Shown: positions 8,136-16,125 of the stretch, piece after piece
How positions within the stretch are numbered: position 1 is the first letter of the stretch
How the letters are laid out: every line of letters starts with the position of its first letter
DNA from: SAR324 cluster bacterium
GTDB lineage: Bacteria; SAR324; JACQKK01
Assembly (NCBI GenBank): GCA_027297205.1
Contig: JAPUIH010000383.1
Span: 1 to 40,564 of the forward strand
DNA: 40,564 bases
Direction: 5' to 3'
Program-made: the position numbers and the translations under genes
Notes under the pieces: model-generated
The model's database searches: none
Told to the model about the DNA's origin: nothing
The model's input: the letters and a program-made list of their open reading frames with translations, nothing else

Positions 8136-10154
8136 CTATCCTGCTTCCACTTCCCACGCCCTGGTTTGCCCCTCTGGCTTGCCGGTGTATTCCCGGAGAA
8201 AGGCATCAAGCGCTTCCCGCTGCATGCCCAGGGCCTCCCCCAACAGCAGCGCCGCCTCGACGGCGTACAGGGCGCTTGCGCCCACCAACTCCCCGCCGAG
8301 CATGTAACTGTCCTTTTCCCCCTTGAATTGATAGCCGCCCGGCACTTGCCGCAGGCGCGACCCGGAGAAGGTGAGGGGCGGTGGATCCCGTTCGGCGGCC
8401 AGGGGCACCAACAACCCGTCATCCCCGCTCAGCAACAGCCGGCCAGGGGGCACAGCACGGCACAGCCCGGCAACCTCTTCCTGGATAACCGCAAGTTCTC
8501 CCGGATCGTCCTCACTATCGAGTGTCAGGTTGGTCACGATGGCCCAGTCCGGCTTGGCCGTTCTCAACAGTTCCGCCATGTCGCCCCGCTGCCGTGCTCC
8601 AAATTCCAGCACAAGCATTTCAAGCGGCTCACGGGAAAACAGGGCGCGCAAGGTTGCGGCGGTGAGGGTGCCCAGCACGGCCTTCCAGTCACGCGGATCG
8701 ATTTCCAGGCCCAGCACCGCCAAGGGCAGGCCGATTTCCGTATTGTAGGAGCGGGGATTGGCCCGTACGGCGTAGCGGCGTTCCAGCAAGCCGGTAAGGG
8801 TGCGCTTGAACACGGTCTTTCCGCGATTGCCCGCGATGGCAACCACCCGCGGCTTGCGCCGCCACAGATAGAACCGCGCCAGCAGGCTCAGATACCCTAT
8901 GGCCAAGCCGCGCGTACGCCGGCGAAACACTCCTCTCCTCGGCCGCGGAGCGGCCTGGGCGGCGGGAAAGGGATAGACCGCGCCGCTGCCATCCCTCCCG
9001 AAATAGCCTCTCATGCGCCGAAATGCTTCCTCGATGTCCCCTTCCTCCCGGCCGAAAGACATGCGCAGATGGGACTCTCCGGTTGGACCGAAGGCGCTGC
9101 CAGGTACCACCGCCACCCGCGCCCGCTCCAGCATGTCCAGGGCCAGGCGGCGCGAGTCCGCGCTGAAAGGTACCGGGTCCTTAACCCGGGGGAATACGAA
9201 ATACGCCCCATTGGGTTTCTGATAATCGAAGATATGCGACAGCTCGTCCAGATGCTGCAGGGTCAAGTCCCGCCGACGCCGGTAGGCCGCCTTGAACTCC
9301 GCAATTGCTTCTCCGCCATAGGCCAGGGCCGCCACCGCCGCGTGTTGGGAGATCACCGGCGCACAGGTCACCAGCGCGTCGTGCACCTTTAAAATTTCCG
9401 CCACGGCCTCCCGTGATGAGTGCAGGTAACCCACCCGCCATCCGGTCATGGCATAGGCTTTGGATAGGGAGTAAATCCGCACCACCCGCTCCCGGAAAGC
9501 CTCCACCTGGGCCGGGCTGAAATAGGGCTCCTCGTTGAAAATGAAATCCTTGTACACCTCGTCGGTGATGATCATCAGGTCGTGGGTTTCGGCCAGTTCC
9601 ATCATGCGCAGCGACTGCGCCCGGGAGTAGATGGTGCCCGTCGGATTGTTGGGATTGCAGTAGAAAATCGCGGCGGTGCGCGGCGTGATCAGGCGGGCGA
9701 TAGATTCCACATCCAGGTCGAAATTCCGCTCCTCGTCCAAAGCGGCGAACTTGGGCACGCAGCCCGCCATGCGGATCACCTGCTGGTAGGAGGCATAACA
9801 GGGAGAGGGCAGAATCACCTCGTCGCCGGGCTCGGTGAGGGCGAGCAAGGTAGCGGAAATGGCCTCGATGGAACCCGCGGTGACCAGAATCTCGCCCTCC
9901 GGGTCGTAGCGCATGCCCTCTCCCAGCAGGGATTCCGCCACCAGTTCCCGCAGCTCGGGCAGGCCGGGGGCCAGGGAATATCTGGCGGTCTCCCCCTGGT
10001 CCAACTTTTCCTTTACATACTCCTTGATGACCTCCGGCGTATCAAAGCTGGGGATGCCCTGGGCGAGGGAAACCGCGCCGGGCACCCGTGCCGCGGCGAG
10101 TTCGATTTCCTTGATGGGAGACAGCTCGATCTGGCTGGATCGGCGAAAGCGCAT
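8136..10154 (-). CDS. fusion protein: class I/II PLP-dependent aminotransferase (N-terminal, about 390 aa) joined to a MurF-like Mur ligase central domain (C-terminal, about 250 aa)
   Basis: The N-terminal part has NPNNPTG and the PLP-lysine motif YSLSKAYAMTGWRVGY. The C-terminal part has the P-loop-like VVAIAGNRGKT, then NTEIGLPLAVLGL, LVLEFGARQRGDM and PDWAIVTNL. It is one uninterrupted 672-codon ORF. Confidence 0.8.
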   Translation of the reverse strand: MRFRRSSQIELSPIKEIELAAARVPGAVSLAQGIPSFDTPEVIKEYVKEKLDQGETARYSLAPGLPELRELVAESLLGEGMRYDPEGEILVTAGSIEAISATLLALTEPGDEVILPSPCYASYQQVIRMAGCVPKFAALDEERNFDLDVESIARLITPRTAAIFYCNPNNPTGTIYSRAQSLRMMELAETHDLMIITDEVYKDFIFNEEPYFSPAQVEAFRERVVRIYSLSKAYAMTGWRVGYLHSSREAVAEILKVHDALVTCAPVISQHAAVAALAYGGEAIAEFKAAYRRRRDLTLQHLDELSHIFDYQKPNGAYFVFPRVKDPVPFSADSRRLALDMLERARVAVVPGSAFGPTGESHLRMSFGREEGDIEEAFRRMRGYFGRDGSGAVYPFPAAQAAPRPRRGVFRRRTRGLAIGYLSLLARFYLWRRKPRVVAIAGNRGKTVFKRTLTGLLERRYAVRANPRSYNTEIGLPLAVLGLEIDPRDWKAVLGTLTAATLRALFSREPLEMLVLEFGARQRGDMAELLRTAKPDWAIVTNLTLDSEDDPGELAVIQEEVAGLCRAVPPGRLLLSGDDGLLVPLAAERDPPPLTFSGSRLRQVPGGYQFKGEKDSYMLGGELVGASALYAVEAALLLGEALGMQREALDAFLREYTGKPEGQTRAWEVEAG

Positions 10155-10305
10155 GATGGCTTGACGGTGATTGCGCAGGCTGCGGCGTTGGTTCCGGCTT
10201 CGCCACGGTACTGCGTTTGCAACGAAATTGAATGCGGCGCGTGGCGCGTATTCCTATTTCTAATCCCTGACACCCCAAATGGAAAGCCCGAATGACCACG
10301 CATCC

Positions 10306-10866
10306 TTAGGCCCTGTCCGTGGAATTATCCGCGTGCGGCCGGGCCAGGTCGTGCAGATTGAAGTAATTGACCATGAAATGGAGCAATAAGGCAGGCCAGA
10401 GGGAGCCAAACCAATCCGTCAGCAGACCCATCGACACCCCCAGTACCAGGGCGAATCCGGTCCAGGGGAGAAGCCACCGGCGGTAAGGAAAATGGAAGAA
10501 GCCGAACAGCAATGCCGTGGGCCACAGCCCCAGCCGGGGGTGCAGCACTCCCCGGAACAGGATCTCCTCGCCGAAGGCGGACAGCAGGGACAACAACAGA
10601 ATCTCTCGGGAGGTCAGCGTGCCCAGCACCGTCCGGAACTCTTCATGCAGGCGCATCCCCCAGCCGGTATGCCGTGAGCTCCAGCGGCTCAGCGCCACCA
10701 CCCCAGCGGACCCGCCGCAGGCCACGGTAAGGCCGAAGGCCAGGCGCGTCCAATCATCTACTCTCAGCAGCCCCGGCGCACGCAGGAAAAACAAACCCGC
10801 CAGCATGGGCGTATAAAAAATGGCGGCAATCAGCAACAATCGGTGCGGAAAAGGCCCGTCGCTCAT
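10306..10866 (-). CDS. CPBP family intramembrane glutamic endopeptidase (CAAX protease-like)
   Basis: Multi-pass hydrophobic protein carrying the motifs EEILFRGVLHPRL, FGFFHF and LLLHFMVNY. Confidence 0.8.
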   Translation of the reverse strand: MSDGPFPHRLLLIAAIFYTPMLAGLFFLRAPGLLRVDDWTRLAFGLTVACGGSAGVVALSRWSSRHTGWGMRLHEEFRTVLGTLTSREILLLSLLSAFGEEILFRGVLHPRLGLWPTALLFGFFHFPYRRWLLPWTGFALVLGVSMGLLTDWFGSLWPALLLHFMVNYFNLHDLARPHADNSTDRA

Positions 10867-11142
10867 AATTCACGCGTGATAAAATTGCCGGGTTCTTGCA
10901 TGGCTGGCTGATCAGATTGGGGCGCATGGGTGCCCGCAACATTCCGCCAGGCGGATAATAATGGGTCAATCATGCCTATGGGTTGTTCTTGATTCGCTCC
11001 AGGGCGCTTGATAAATTGAAGGTTGGGCGGAATCCTGGAACTGTTCCCGCCGGGACCTGAAGCTATGGATCTTCCAGGGCAGGGCGGCGGCATCATGAGC
11101 GGCGGAGAACTTGTATTTCGAGCACAGCAAAACCGCGGTGAC

Positions 11143-12048
11143 ATGAAAGAAACCACTGGAAACAAGCGACCTGGCCGTAATGATCCCTGCTGGTGCGACA
11201 GCGGACGTAAGTACAAGAAGTGTCACATGATGGCCGACAAGCGGGAAAAACCACCTGCTTGGGGTATGGGCCATGTGGGCGACACCAGCGGCCACCACGT
11301 CAATACAAGCCTAATCAAATCCAAAGCGCAAATTGAGGGCATCCGTAAGGCGGGACGCCTGAACAAGCGCATCCTGGACATGCTCGAAGAGCGAATTCGG
11401 GAGGGAGTGACCACCATCCAGATCGACCAATGGGTACACGAGTTAACCGTCGCCAATAATGGCGTGCCCGCCCCGCTCAATTACAAGCAGTTTCCCAAAT
11501 CGGTCTGCACCTCCGTGAACGAGGTGGTCTGCCATGGCATTCCGGAAAAGCGGAAGTTGCTGTCCGGTGACATCATGAATGTGGACGTAACCTCTATTCT
11601 CCAGGGTTACTACGGCGACTCGAGCCGCATGTTCATGATCGGCGAAGTCAGTCCCGAAGCGCGGAAGCTGGTGCAGGTGACAAAGGAATGCCTTGAAATC
11701 GGGATTGCCCAGGTCAAGCCGGGAGGGTTCGTGGGCGATATCGGGAGCGCAATTCAGGATTACGCGGAGCAGCGTGGGTACTCCGTCGTGCGGGACTTTG
11801 TCGGGCACGGCACCGGGCTGCGTTTTCACGAGGATCCCCAGATTCCCCACTTCGGCCAAAAAGGCAAGGGACACCCTTTTCTTCCGGGTATGGTCTTTAC
11901 CATCGAGCCGATGATCAACGCCGGTCACTATGCCACTACTATTCTCAAGGATGGCTGGACGGCGGTGACCCGGGACGGCTCCCTTTCCGCCCAATGGGAG
12001 CATACCTTGGCCGTGACCAGCGACGGCGTGGACGTGCTCACCGCGTAG
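11143..12048 (+). CDS. map: type I methionine aminopeptidase with an N-terminal SEC-C zinc-binding motif
   Basis: GRNDPCWCDSGRKYKKCH is followed by the MetAP core: VCHGIP, NVDVT, GYYGDSSRMF, FVGHGTGLRFHE, FTIEPM and QWEHT. The start is uncertain. The ATG at 11143 is chosen because SEC-C motifs usually sit close to the N-terminus. In-frame alternatives are the ATGs at 11095 and 11065 and a TTG at 11023. Confidence 0.85.
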   Translation: MKETTGNKRPGRNDPCWCDSGRKYKKCHMMADKREKPPAWGMGHVGDTSGHHVNTSLIKSKAQIEGIRKAGRLNKRILDMLEERIREGVTTIQIDQWVHELTVANNGVPAPLNYKQFPKSVCTSVNEVVCHGIPEKRKLLSGDIMNVDVTSILQGYYGDSSRMFMIGEVSPEARKLVQVTKECLEIGIAQVKPGGFVGDIGSAIQDYAEQRGYSVVRDFVGHGTGLRFHEDPQIPHFGQKGKGHPFLPGMVFTIEPMINAGHYATTILKDGWTAVTRDGSLSAQWEHTLAVTSDGVDVLTA

Positions 12049-12207
12049 GAAACCGCTCTTCTTCCCAAGCGGTGGCCGGCTCTCTGCACCGCCGAGGACT
12101 AAATTCCAAAGCAATTCTTGCTGGAACATTCCAGGCAATATTTACGGGTTCCCCGCGCTTGTCAGCCCCAAGACTGGCCTCTGGGGCGAGGCCATGGGAA
12201 GCCGCCC

Positions 12208-13221
12208 TTATTTAGGAATTTCCCGCGCGCACTGCACCGCGAGGTCAAAATAACTCTGTGCGGTGTGGGCCAGTTCGCTGCGCACCTCATCGGAAATTTC
12301 TTCCGAGGCCTGGGATTCGCTGAAGATAAGACCGCTGCGCATGGCTTGCAGGGTGCGGTAGGGGGGCAACATGGTTGTGATCTCCCGGTCCCGGGATGCA
12401 CTGACGTAACGCTTCACGAATAATTCGGTCTGCTCCGTGGCTTCGTGCCGGGCCAGCTCATTAAGGAATGTCGCCAGGTCGTTCGCGGCGTCCAGCACCC
12501 GGAATTTCTTGGAGCCGCTCAGTGGAGACACGGCAAATACATCCTTGCCTTTGATGTACACGTGCTCGGGAACGAAAGCTCCATGGCATTCCAGTACCCG
12601 TCCCTTCTTTTGCCGCCGCAAGAATAGCTTGCGGTGGTCCTCCACGAATTTGAAAACGGGCCGTGTCACCGCGTCCAACACCGGCGGGGACACCGTAATG
12701 TTCACGTACTTTTTGACCTGGTAGAGCACTTCCTCCGTCAGATCACGAAAATTTTCCGGCCGTCCCGCGCCTGGTGCGATCTCCTCCTGGGGGCTTTCCC
12801 GGTGGCATTGCGCCAGGTAGCGGGCCAGTCTGCCAACCATCGCGGAGTTAAACTTTCCCTGAGGGATTTGCTTGTGCAGCCAGTAGTGGTCGGAAAGCTG
12901 GATCAGACGGAGCGCATAATCCACTACCTCTCCCTCACCATGGAGAGCATAGCCGCCCGCCGATTTTACAATGGGAACGACATCCAGGTAGATTTCCGGC
13001 GCCCAGCGCCTGCCCAGGGCCAGTGTTTCGCGTGCATACACCTCCCGCAACGCGATGGAGGAACTCGTCGGACCGGCTTTGCGCACTACGTAGGCAAACT
13101 CCCCCGTCCTGTAGATATATGAATTCCGGGTTTCTTCAAATTTAATACGGCGGCTCGCCGAAGGATAACTGGCCTCGTTGAGGAGTGCCCGGTGATATTC
13201 GGGATAAGTGGCGGTGGCCAT
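12208..13221 (-). CDS. hypothetical protein resembling the N-terminal (phosphotransferase-like, COG2187-type) part of bifunctional aminoglycoside phosphotransferase/ATP-binding proteins
   Basis: Long ORF with coding-like composition. The ATG at 13221 is preceded by GGGGGA at good spacing. The N-terminal pattern EETRNSYIYRTGEFAYVVRK...RE..LNrR-like is recalled from COG2187 proteins. The functional assignment is weak. Confidence 0.6.
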   Translation of the reverse strand: MATATYPEYHRALLNEASYPSASRRIKFEETRNSYIYRTGEFAYVVRKAGPTSSSIALREVYARETLALGRRWAPEIYLDVVPIVKSAGGYALHGEGEVVDYALRLIQLSDHYWLHKQIPQGKFNSAMVGRLARYLAQCHRESPQEEIAPGAGRPENFRDLTEEVLYQVKKYVNITVSPPVLDAVTRPVFKFVEDHRKLFLRRQKKGRVLECHGAFVPEHVYIKGKDVFAVSPLSGSKKFRVLDAANDLATFLNELARHEATEQTELFVKRYVSASRDREITTMLPPYRTLQAMRSGLIFSESQASEEISDEVRSELAHTAQSYFDLAVQCAREIPK

Positions 13222-13307
13222 TATTTTTCCCCCGGTCAGGACATTCACACACAGTGCTATTGCCCACGAGCGTGCCTGAAAACTCTCCGCGGCTATAGCT
13301 CATCCAT

Positions 13308-13337
13308 CCATGGGAAAAGTCAAATCGTTTCCCATGG
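13308..13337. repeat. perfect 10-bp inverted repeat CCATGGGAAA-N10-TTTCCCATGG in a divergent intergenic region
   Basis: Read directly from the sequence. It lies between the start of the minus-strand gene (13221) and the thiO-like start (13579). Confidence 0.7.
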
Positions 13338-13578
13338 CGAGCACCCGATCCAAAAAAGAATATGGTATGTTTCGGTTGAGTTTCCGCCGCCGTTGCCAAT
13401 TAGTACGGAGCGAAATTCCGCAGACGCCGTTCTGGAGGCTCGTCTTCCATCAAGACCGGCTAATTATTACATGGGATGCGGGAAAAAAGACAGGGCAAAC
13501 GGGCCAGGGTATAACCTGCGGCCGCACGCCATAACATCCGGCGTGGGAACCGTGGACGCAACAGGGGAGAGAGCATTG

Positions 13579-14694
13579 ATGGGTGCAGGCACCCTCATTA
13601 TTGGCGCGGGCGTTGTAGGTCTGGGCATTGGCTGGAAACTGGCGCAGGCCGGGGAACAGGTGATTATCCTGGAGCGCGGATTGGCGGGCCGGGAAGCCTC
13701 CTGGGCCGCCGCCGGCATGCTCTGCCCGGCCAACGAGGCCCATTACCAACAGGACAGCAACCTGGAACTGGCCCAGGAATGCATGCGCCTCTATCCCGAG
13801 TTCGTGCAGGAACTGGAGGCCTGCTCCGGAATGAATGTGGATTACCGCACGGAAGGCACCCTCACCGTCGCGCTCAACGCGGACGATGCCGCCGCGGTGA
13901 AAGTGTTTTTTGAGTATCAACTGGAAAAAGGGCTACCCGTCAGATGGCTTTCCGGGGACGAGGCGCGGGAGATGGAGCCACAGCTTTCCAATTTTGTCAG
14001 CGCGGGCATTTCCTGTCCCATGGATCATCAAATCGACAACCGCAAAATGATGGAAGCCCTCAAACGGGCATTTCTGAAGGCCGGTGGGGAACTCCATGAG
14101 CAAACAGAGGTCACCCACGTGCGTTGCGATGGTGGAAAGTACCGGGGGGTGATGGCCGGTGAACGGGAATGGCTGAGCGAGCGTTTGGTGCTGGCCGCGG
14201 GCAGTTGGTCCGGGTTGGTTTCCGGCATTCCGGAGCACGCCCGGCCTCCCGTGCGCCCGGTAAAGGGGCAAATGTTTTCCCTGCGCGCCCCATTTCCCGG
14301 CTTTATTACCCGGGTCATCCGCGCCCCGGATATTTATATTTCCCCCAAAAGTGACGGGCGGATCGTGTTCGGCGCAACGGTGGAGGAAATGGGCTTCGAC
14401 GCCGGCCTTACCGCAGGTGGGCTGTATTCCCTGCTCAAGGGTGCATGGGAAACCGTCCCCGGCACTTACGATCTGCCCATCGATGAAATGTGGTCCGGCT
14501 TCCGCCCCAGCAGCAGGGACAATACGCCGTTGATGGGCGCCTCGCGAGTGGAAGGTTTATTCATCGCCACTGGGCATCACCGCCACGGCATCCTGTTCGC
14601 ACCGGCCACCGCAATCCACATGAGCCGCCTTATCCTGGAAGGTGAGCCGCCGCAATCCCTGCTGCCCTTCGATCCTTCGCGCTTCACGGTCTGA
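13579..14694 (+). CDS. FAD-dependent oxidoreductase of the DAO family, glycine oxidase (ThiO)-like
   Basis: Dinucleotide-binding motif LIIGAGVVGLGIGWKLAQAG at the N-terminus, and ATGHHRHGILFAPATA near the C-terminus. The ATG at 13579 is preceded by GGGGAGAG. The 129 codons upstream in the ORF track look non-coding. Confidence 0.8.
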   Translation: MGAGTLIIGAGVVGLGIGWKLAQAGEQVIILERGLAGREASWAAAGMLCPANEAHYQQDSNLELAQECMRLYPEFVQELEACSGMNVDYRTEGTLTVALNADDAAAVKVFFEYQLEKGLPVRWLSGDEAREMEPQLSNFVSAGISCPMDHQIDNRKMMEALKRAFLKAGGELHEQTEVTHVRCDGGKYRGVMAGEREWLSERLVLAAGSWSGLVSGIPEHARPPVRPVKGQMFSLRAPFPGFITRVIRAPDIYISPKSDGRIVFGATVEEMGFDAGLTAGGLYSLLKGAWETVPGTYDLPIDEMWSGFRPSSRDNTPLMGASRVEGLFIATGHHRHGILFAPATAIHMSRLILEGEPPQSLLPFDPSRFTV

Positions 14695-14766
14695 CCGTCC
14701 CCCGCCTGATGGGTTCGAGTCCCCGCTAAAGTTATTCCCGCACCCGCCGATAAGTATAGCAAGCCA

Positions 14767-14872
14767 GGGATATTTCCCGGCATGTTCGATGTACACCCGT
14801 ACGTATCTCCTTCGTAAAGGAGCAAAAACCAGATGGGTACAGTCCATCGAACATGAATGCCGGGAAATTCCC
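14767..14872 (+). other. roughly 106-nt nested imperfect hairpin (possible cis-regulatory RNA or small RNA)
   Basis: ATTTCCCGGCAT+GTTCGATG (14772-14791) pairs with CATCGAAC (14845-14852) and ATGCCGGGAAAT (14857-14868), leaving a 4-nt ATGA bulge. The apex holds a perfect CTCCTT-CGTA-AAGGAG hairpin (14807-14822). Confidence 0.55.
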
Positions 14873-15098
14873 CCTCGGCTTTCACTTCATCCGTGAATCC
14901 CCAGGACACGAGCCAATTTTTTCAGGGAAGAAATTGATGGATATGGAAAAAACCAAACAACAAATTCAAACTGAAATTGAACAGGCAAGACACGTGTTTT
15001 ATGCCACGGGCCACCGCATCCGCCGGCTTGCGCCCGCGGATGCGGCAAGGTTGCAAAACGCCAAGCCCCGCAAGCAGCGTTTTAAGATGTTCGCCTAA
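14853..15098 (+). CDS. small hypothetical protein (81 aa, or 53 aa from the ATG at 14937)
   Basis: ORF only, in a lower-GC stretch. GGAAG lies 7 nt before the internal ATG at 14937. The ATG at 14853 overlaps the stop of a 7-codon mini-ORF (ATGA). No homology recognised. Confidence 0.3.
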   Translation: MNAGKFPLGFHFIRESPGHEPIFSGKKLMDMEKTKQQIQTEIEQARHVFYATGHRIRRLAPADAARLQNAKPRKQRFKMFA

Positions 15099-15252
15099 CT
15101 GTAGGTAATGGGCGGGGCACCTCCCCGCCTGCTCCCCATGTCATCCTCGCCACGTTCCCCAGCCGCACCATTTTCTCCCAATTTGCTTCGCGCCTGAATA
15201 CGCCCGTTACGCAGCATTGGGGAACTACCCATTCCGATCCGTGGTCAATCCC

Positions 15253-15852
15253 TTATTCGCCCACCACTTTTGCGCGCTTCTGTTCAAGACCCTTGGGGCG
15301 GATATCGAATCCCGCACCCGGATAAGCCACCCACTGCTCCGGCGGGGTGGGATCGGTCACTTCCGGCCAATGACCGGGTTGGGGCTCGCTTCCTTCCAAT
15401 GCCACCTCAGTGGGCCCTTGATCAGCCAATATTGGCGGCTTGACGATCTCCAAAACCTGCCAGGTCAATTCCAGGGGGATATTGTTGGGGTCGAAGAAAT
15501 AAATCGACCAGCCGAACCCATGATCCACGGCTCCGCTGACTGGATATCCCGCGGCTTCCAGCTTGTCCTTGAGTTGAAATAAGTCCGCTTTGGTATTCAC
15601 TCCGATGGACACGTGATCAAATCCCAGCGGCGCGGAAGTGGGCGTACCGTGGTTTTTGATTTCCATGGGTGTGGCCTGACTGTAGGAGAAGAAGGCAATG
15701 GAATCGGACGGAGTAATCTGAAAGAAATAGTGCTTGAACTCGCCGTTTCCTACCCCCGCCACCAGGGGCAGTCCCAGCAAGTCCCGGTAAAAGCGGATGG
15801 TCTTGTTCATATCGTTGGTGATGAATGCCAGATGGTTGATTCCGTTGTACAT
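15253..15852 (-). CDS. VOC (glyoxalase/bleomycin resistance/dioxygenase) family protein
   Basis: INHLAFITNDMNKTIRFYRDLLGLPL and FDHVSIGV repeat modules. The ATG at 15852 is preceded by GGAG 8 nt upstream. The longer ORF-track extension looks non-coding. Confidence 0.75.
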   Translation of the reverse strand: MYNGINHLAFITNDMNKTIRFYRDLLGLPLVAGVGNGEFKHYFFQITPSDSIAFFSYSQATPMEIKNHGTPTSAPLGFDHVSIGVNTKADLFQLKDKLEAAGYPVSGAVDHGFGWSIYFFDPNNIPLELTWQVLEIVKPPILADQGPTEVALEGSEPQPGHWPEVTDPTPPEQWVAYPGAGFDIRPKGLEQKRAKVVGE

Positions 15853-16125
15853 GGCCGATCTCCAGGGGTGAGTGGGCTCTCGATCGCGCATGACGCGCGC
15901 CGTGACCCGGCACGAATGGCAATCCGCGCAGGCGGTAAATATGCCCCGCGGGAACGTATATTCCTTATGATATATTAATTTAACATTAAAACACAAGAAT
16001 TTTCACATCGCAGGTAATTTTCCCGTTTTGCTCTCCCGTCCCATGTGCTAAAGCAGTTTTTTGCGCAACGTCATCCGGCTCAATTTAATTTGCAATCGTT
16101 GCTGGAACATTTCTAGAGGTGTCCC

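Noticed and set aside
8055-9392. A 445-aa plus-strand ORF, together with other ORFs antisense to the aminotransferase fusion gene (9582..10295, 8371..8748 and others).
   Set aside because: It lies antisense to a gene with unmistakable aminotransferase and Mur motifs. Its translation is Arg/Pro/Gly/Gln-rich low-complexity sequence, typical of shadow ORFs in high-GC DNA, and it carries no motifs.
13192-13578. N-terminal extensions offered by the ORF track: thiO-like (13192), rpe (30130), VOC (15996), Smr (26015), nadA (28034) and the RHH ORF (28263).
   Set aside because: In each case an internal ATG with a good Shine-Dalgarno sequence coincides with the start of homology, for example GGGGAGAG before 13579 and AAGGAGAG before 25919. 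The rpe ATG overlaps the tkt stop. The extensions have non-coding-like composition or overlap neighbouring genes.
13249-13578. A TPP (THI-box) riboswitch expected upstream of a thiO-like gene.
   Set aside because: I could not find the conserved CUGAGA and ACCUGAUCUGGAUAAUGCCAGCG-type core elements on the plus strand. The gene may be a general DAO-family oxidase rather than a thiamine-pathway ThiO.
14711-14724. GGGTTCGAGTCCCC, which resembles a tRNA T-arm and might indicate a tRNA gene, a tRNA-Sec, or an integration-site remnant.
   Set aside because: The flanking bases do not form a T-stem, an acceptor stem or an anticodon arm. The sequence immediately upstream is the thiO-like coding region. 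There is no direct repeat or integrase nearby.
16080-16094. TCAATTTAATTTGCA upstream of argD as a possible ARG box (ArgR operator).
   Set aside because: It bears only a loose resemblance to the TGAAT-N4-ATTCA consensus, it is not palindromic, and there is no second tandem box.
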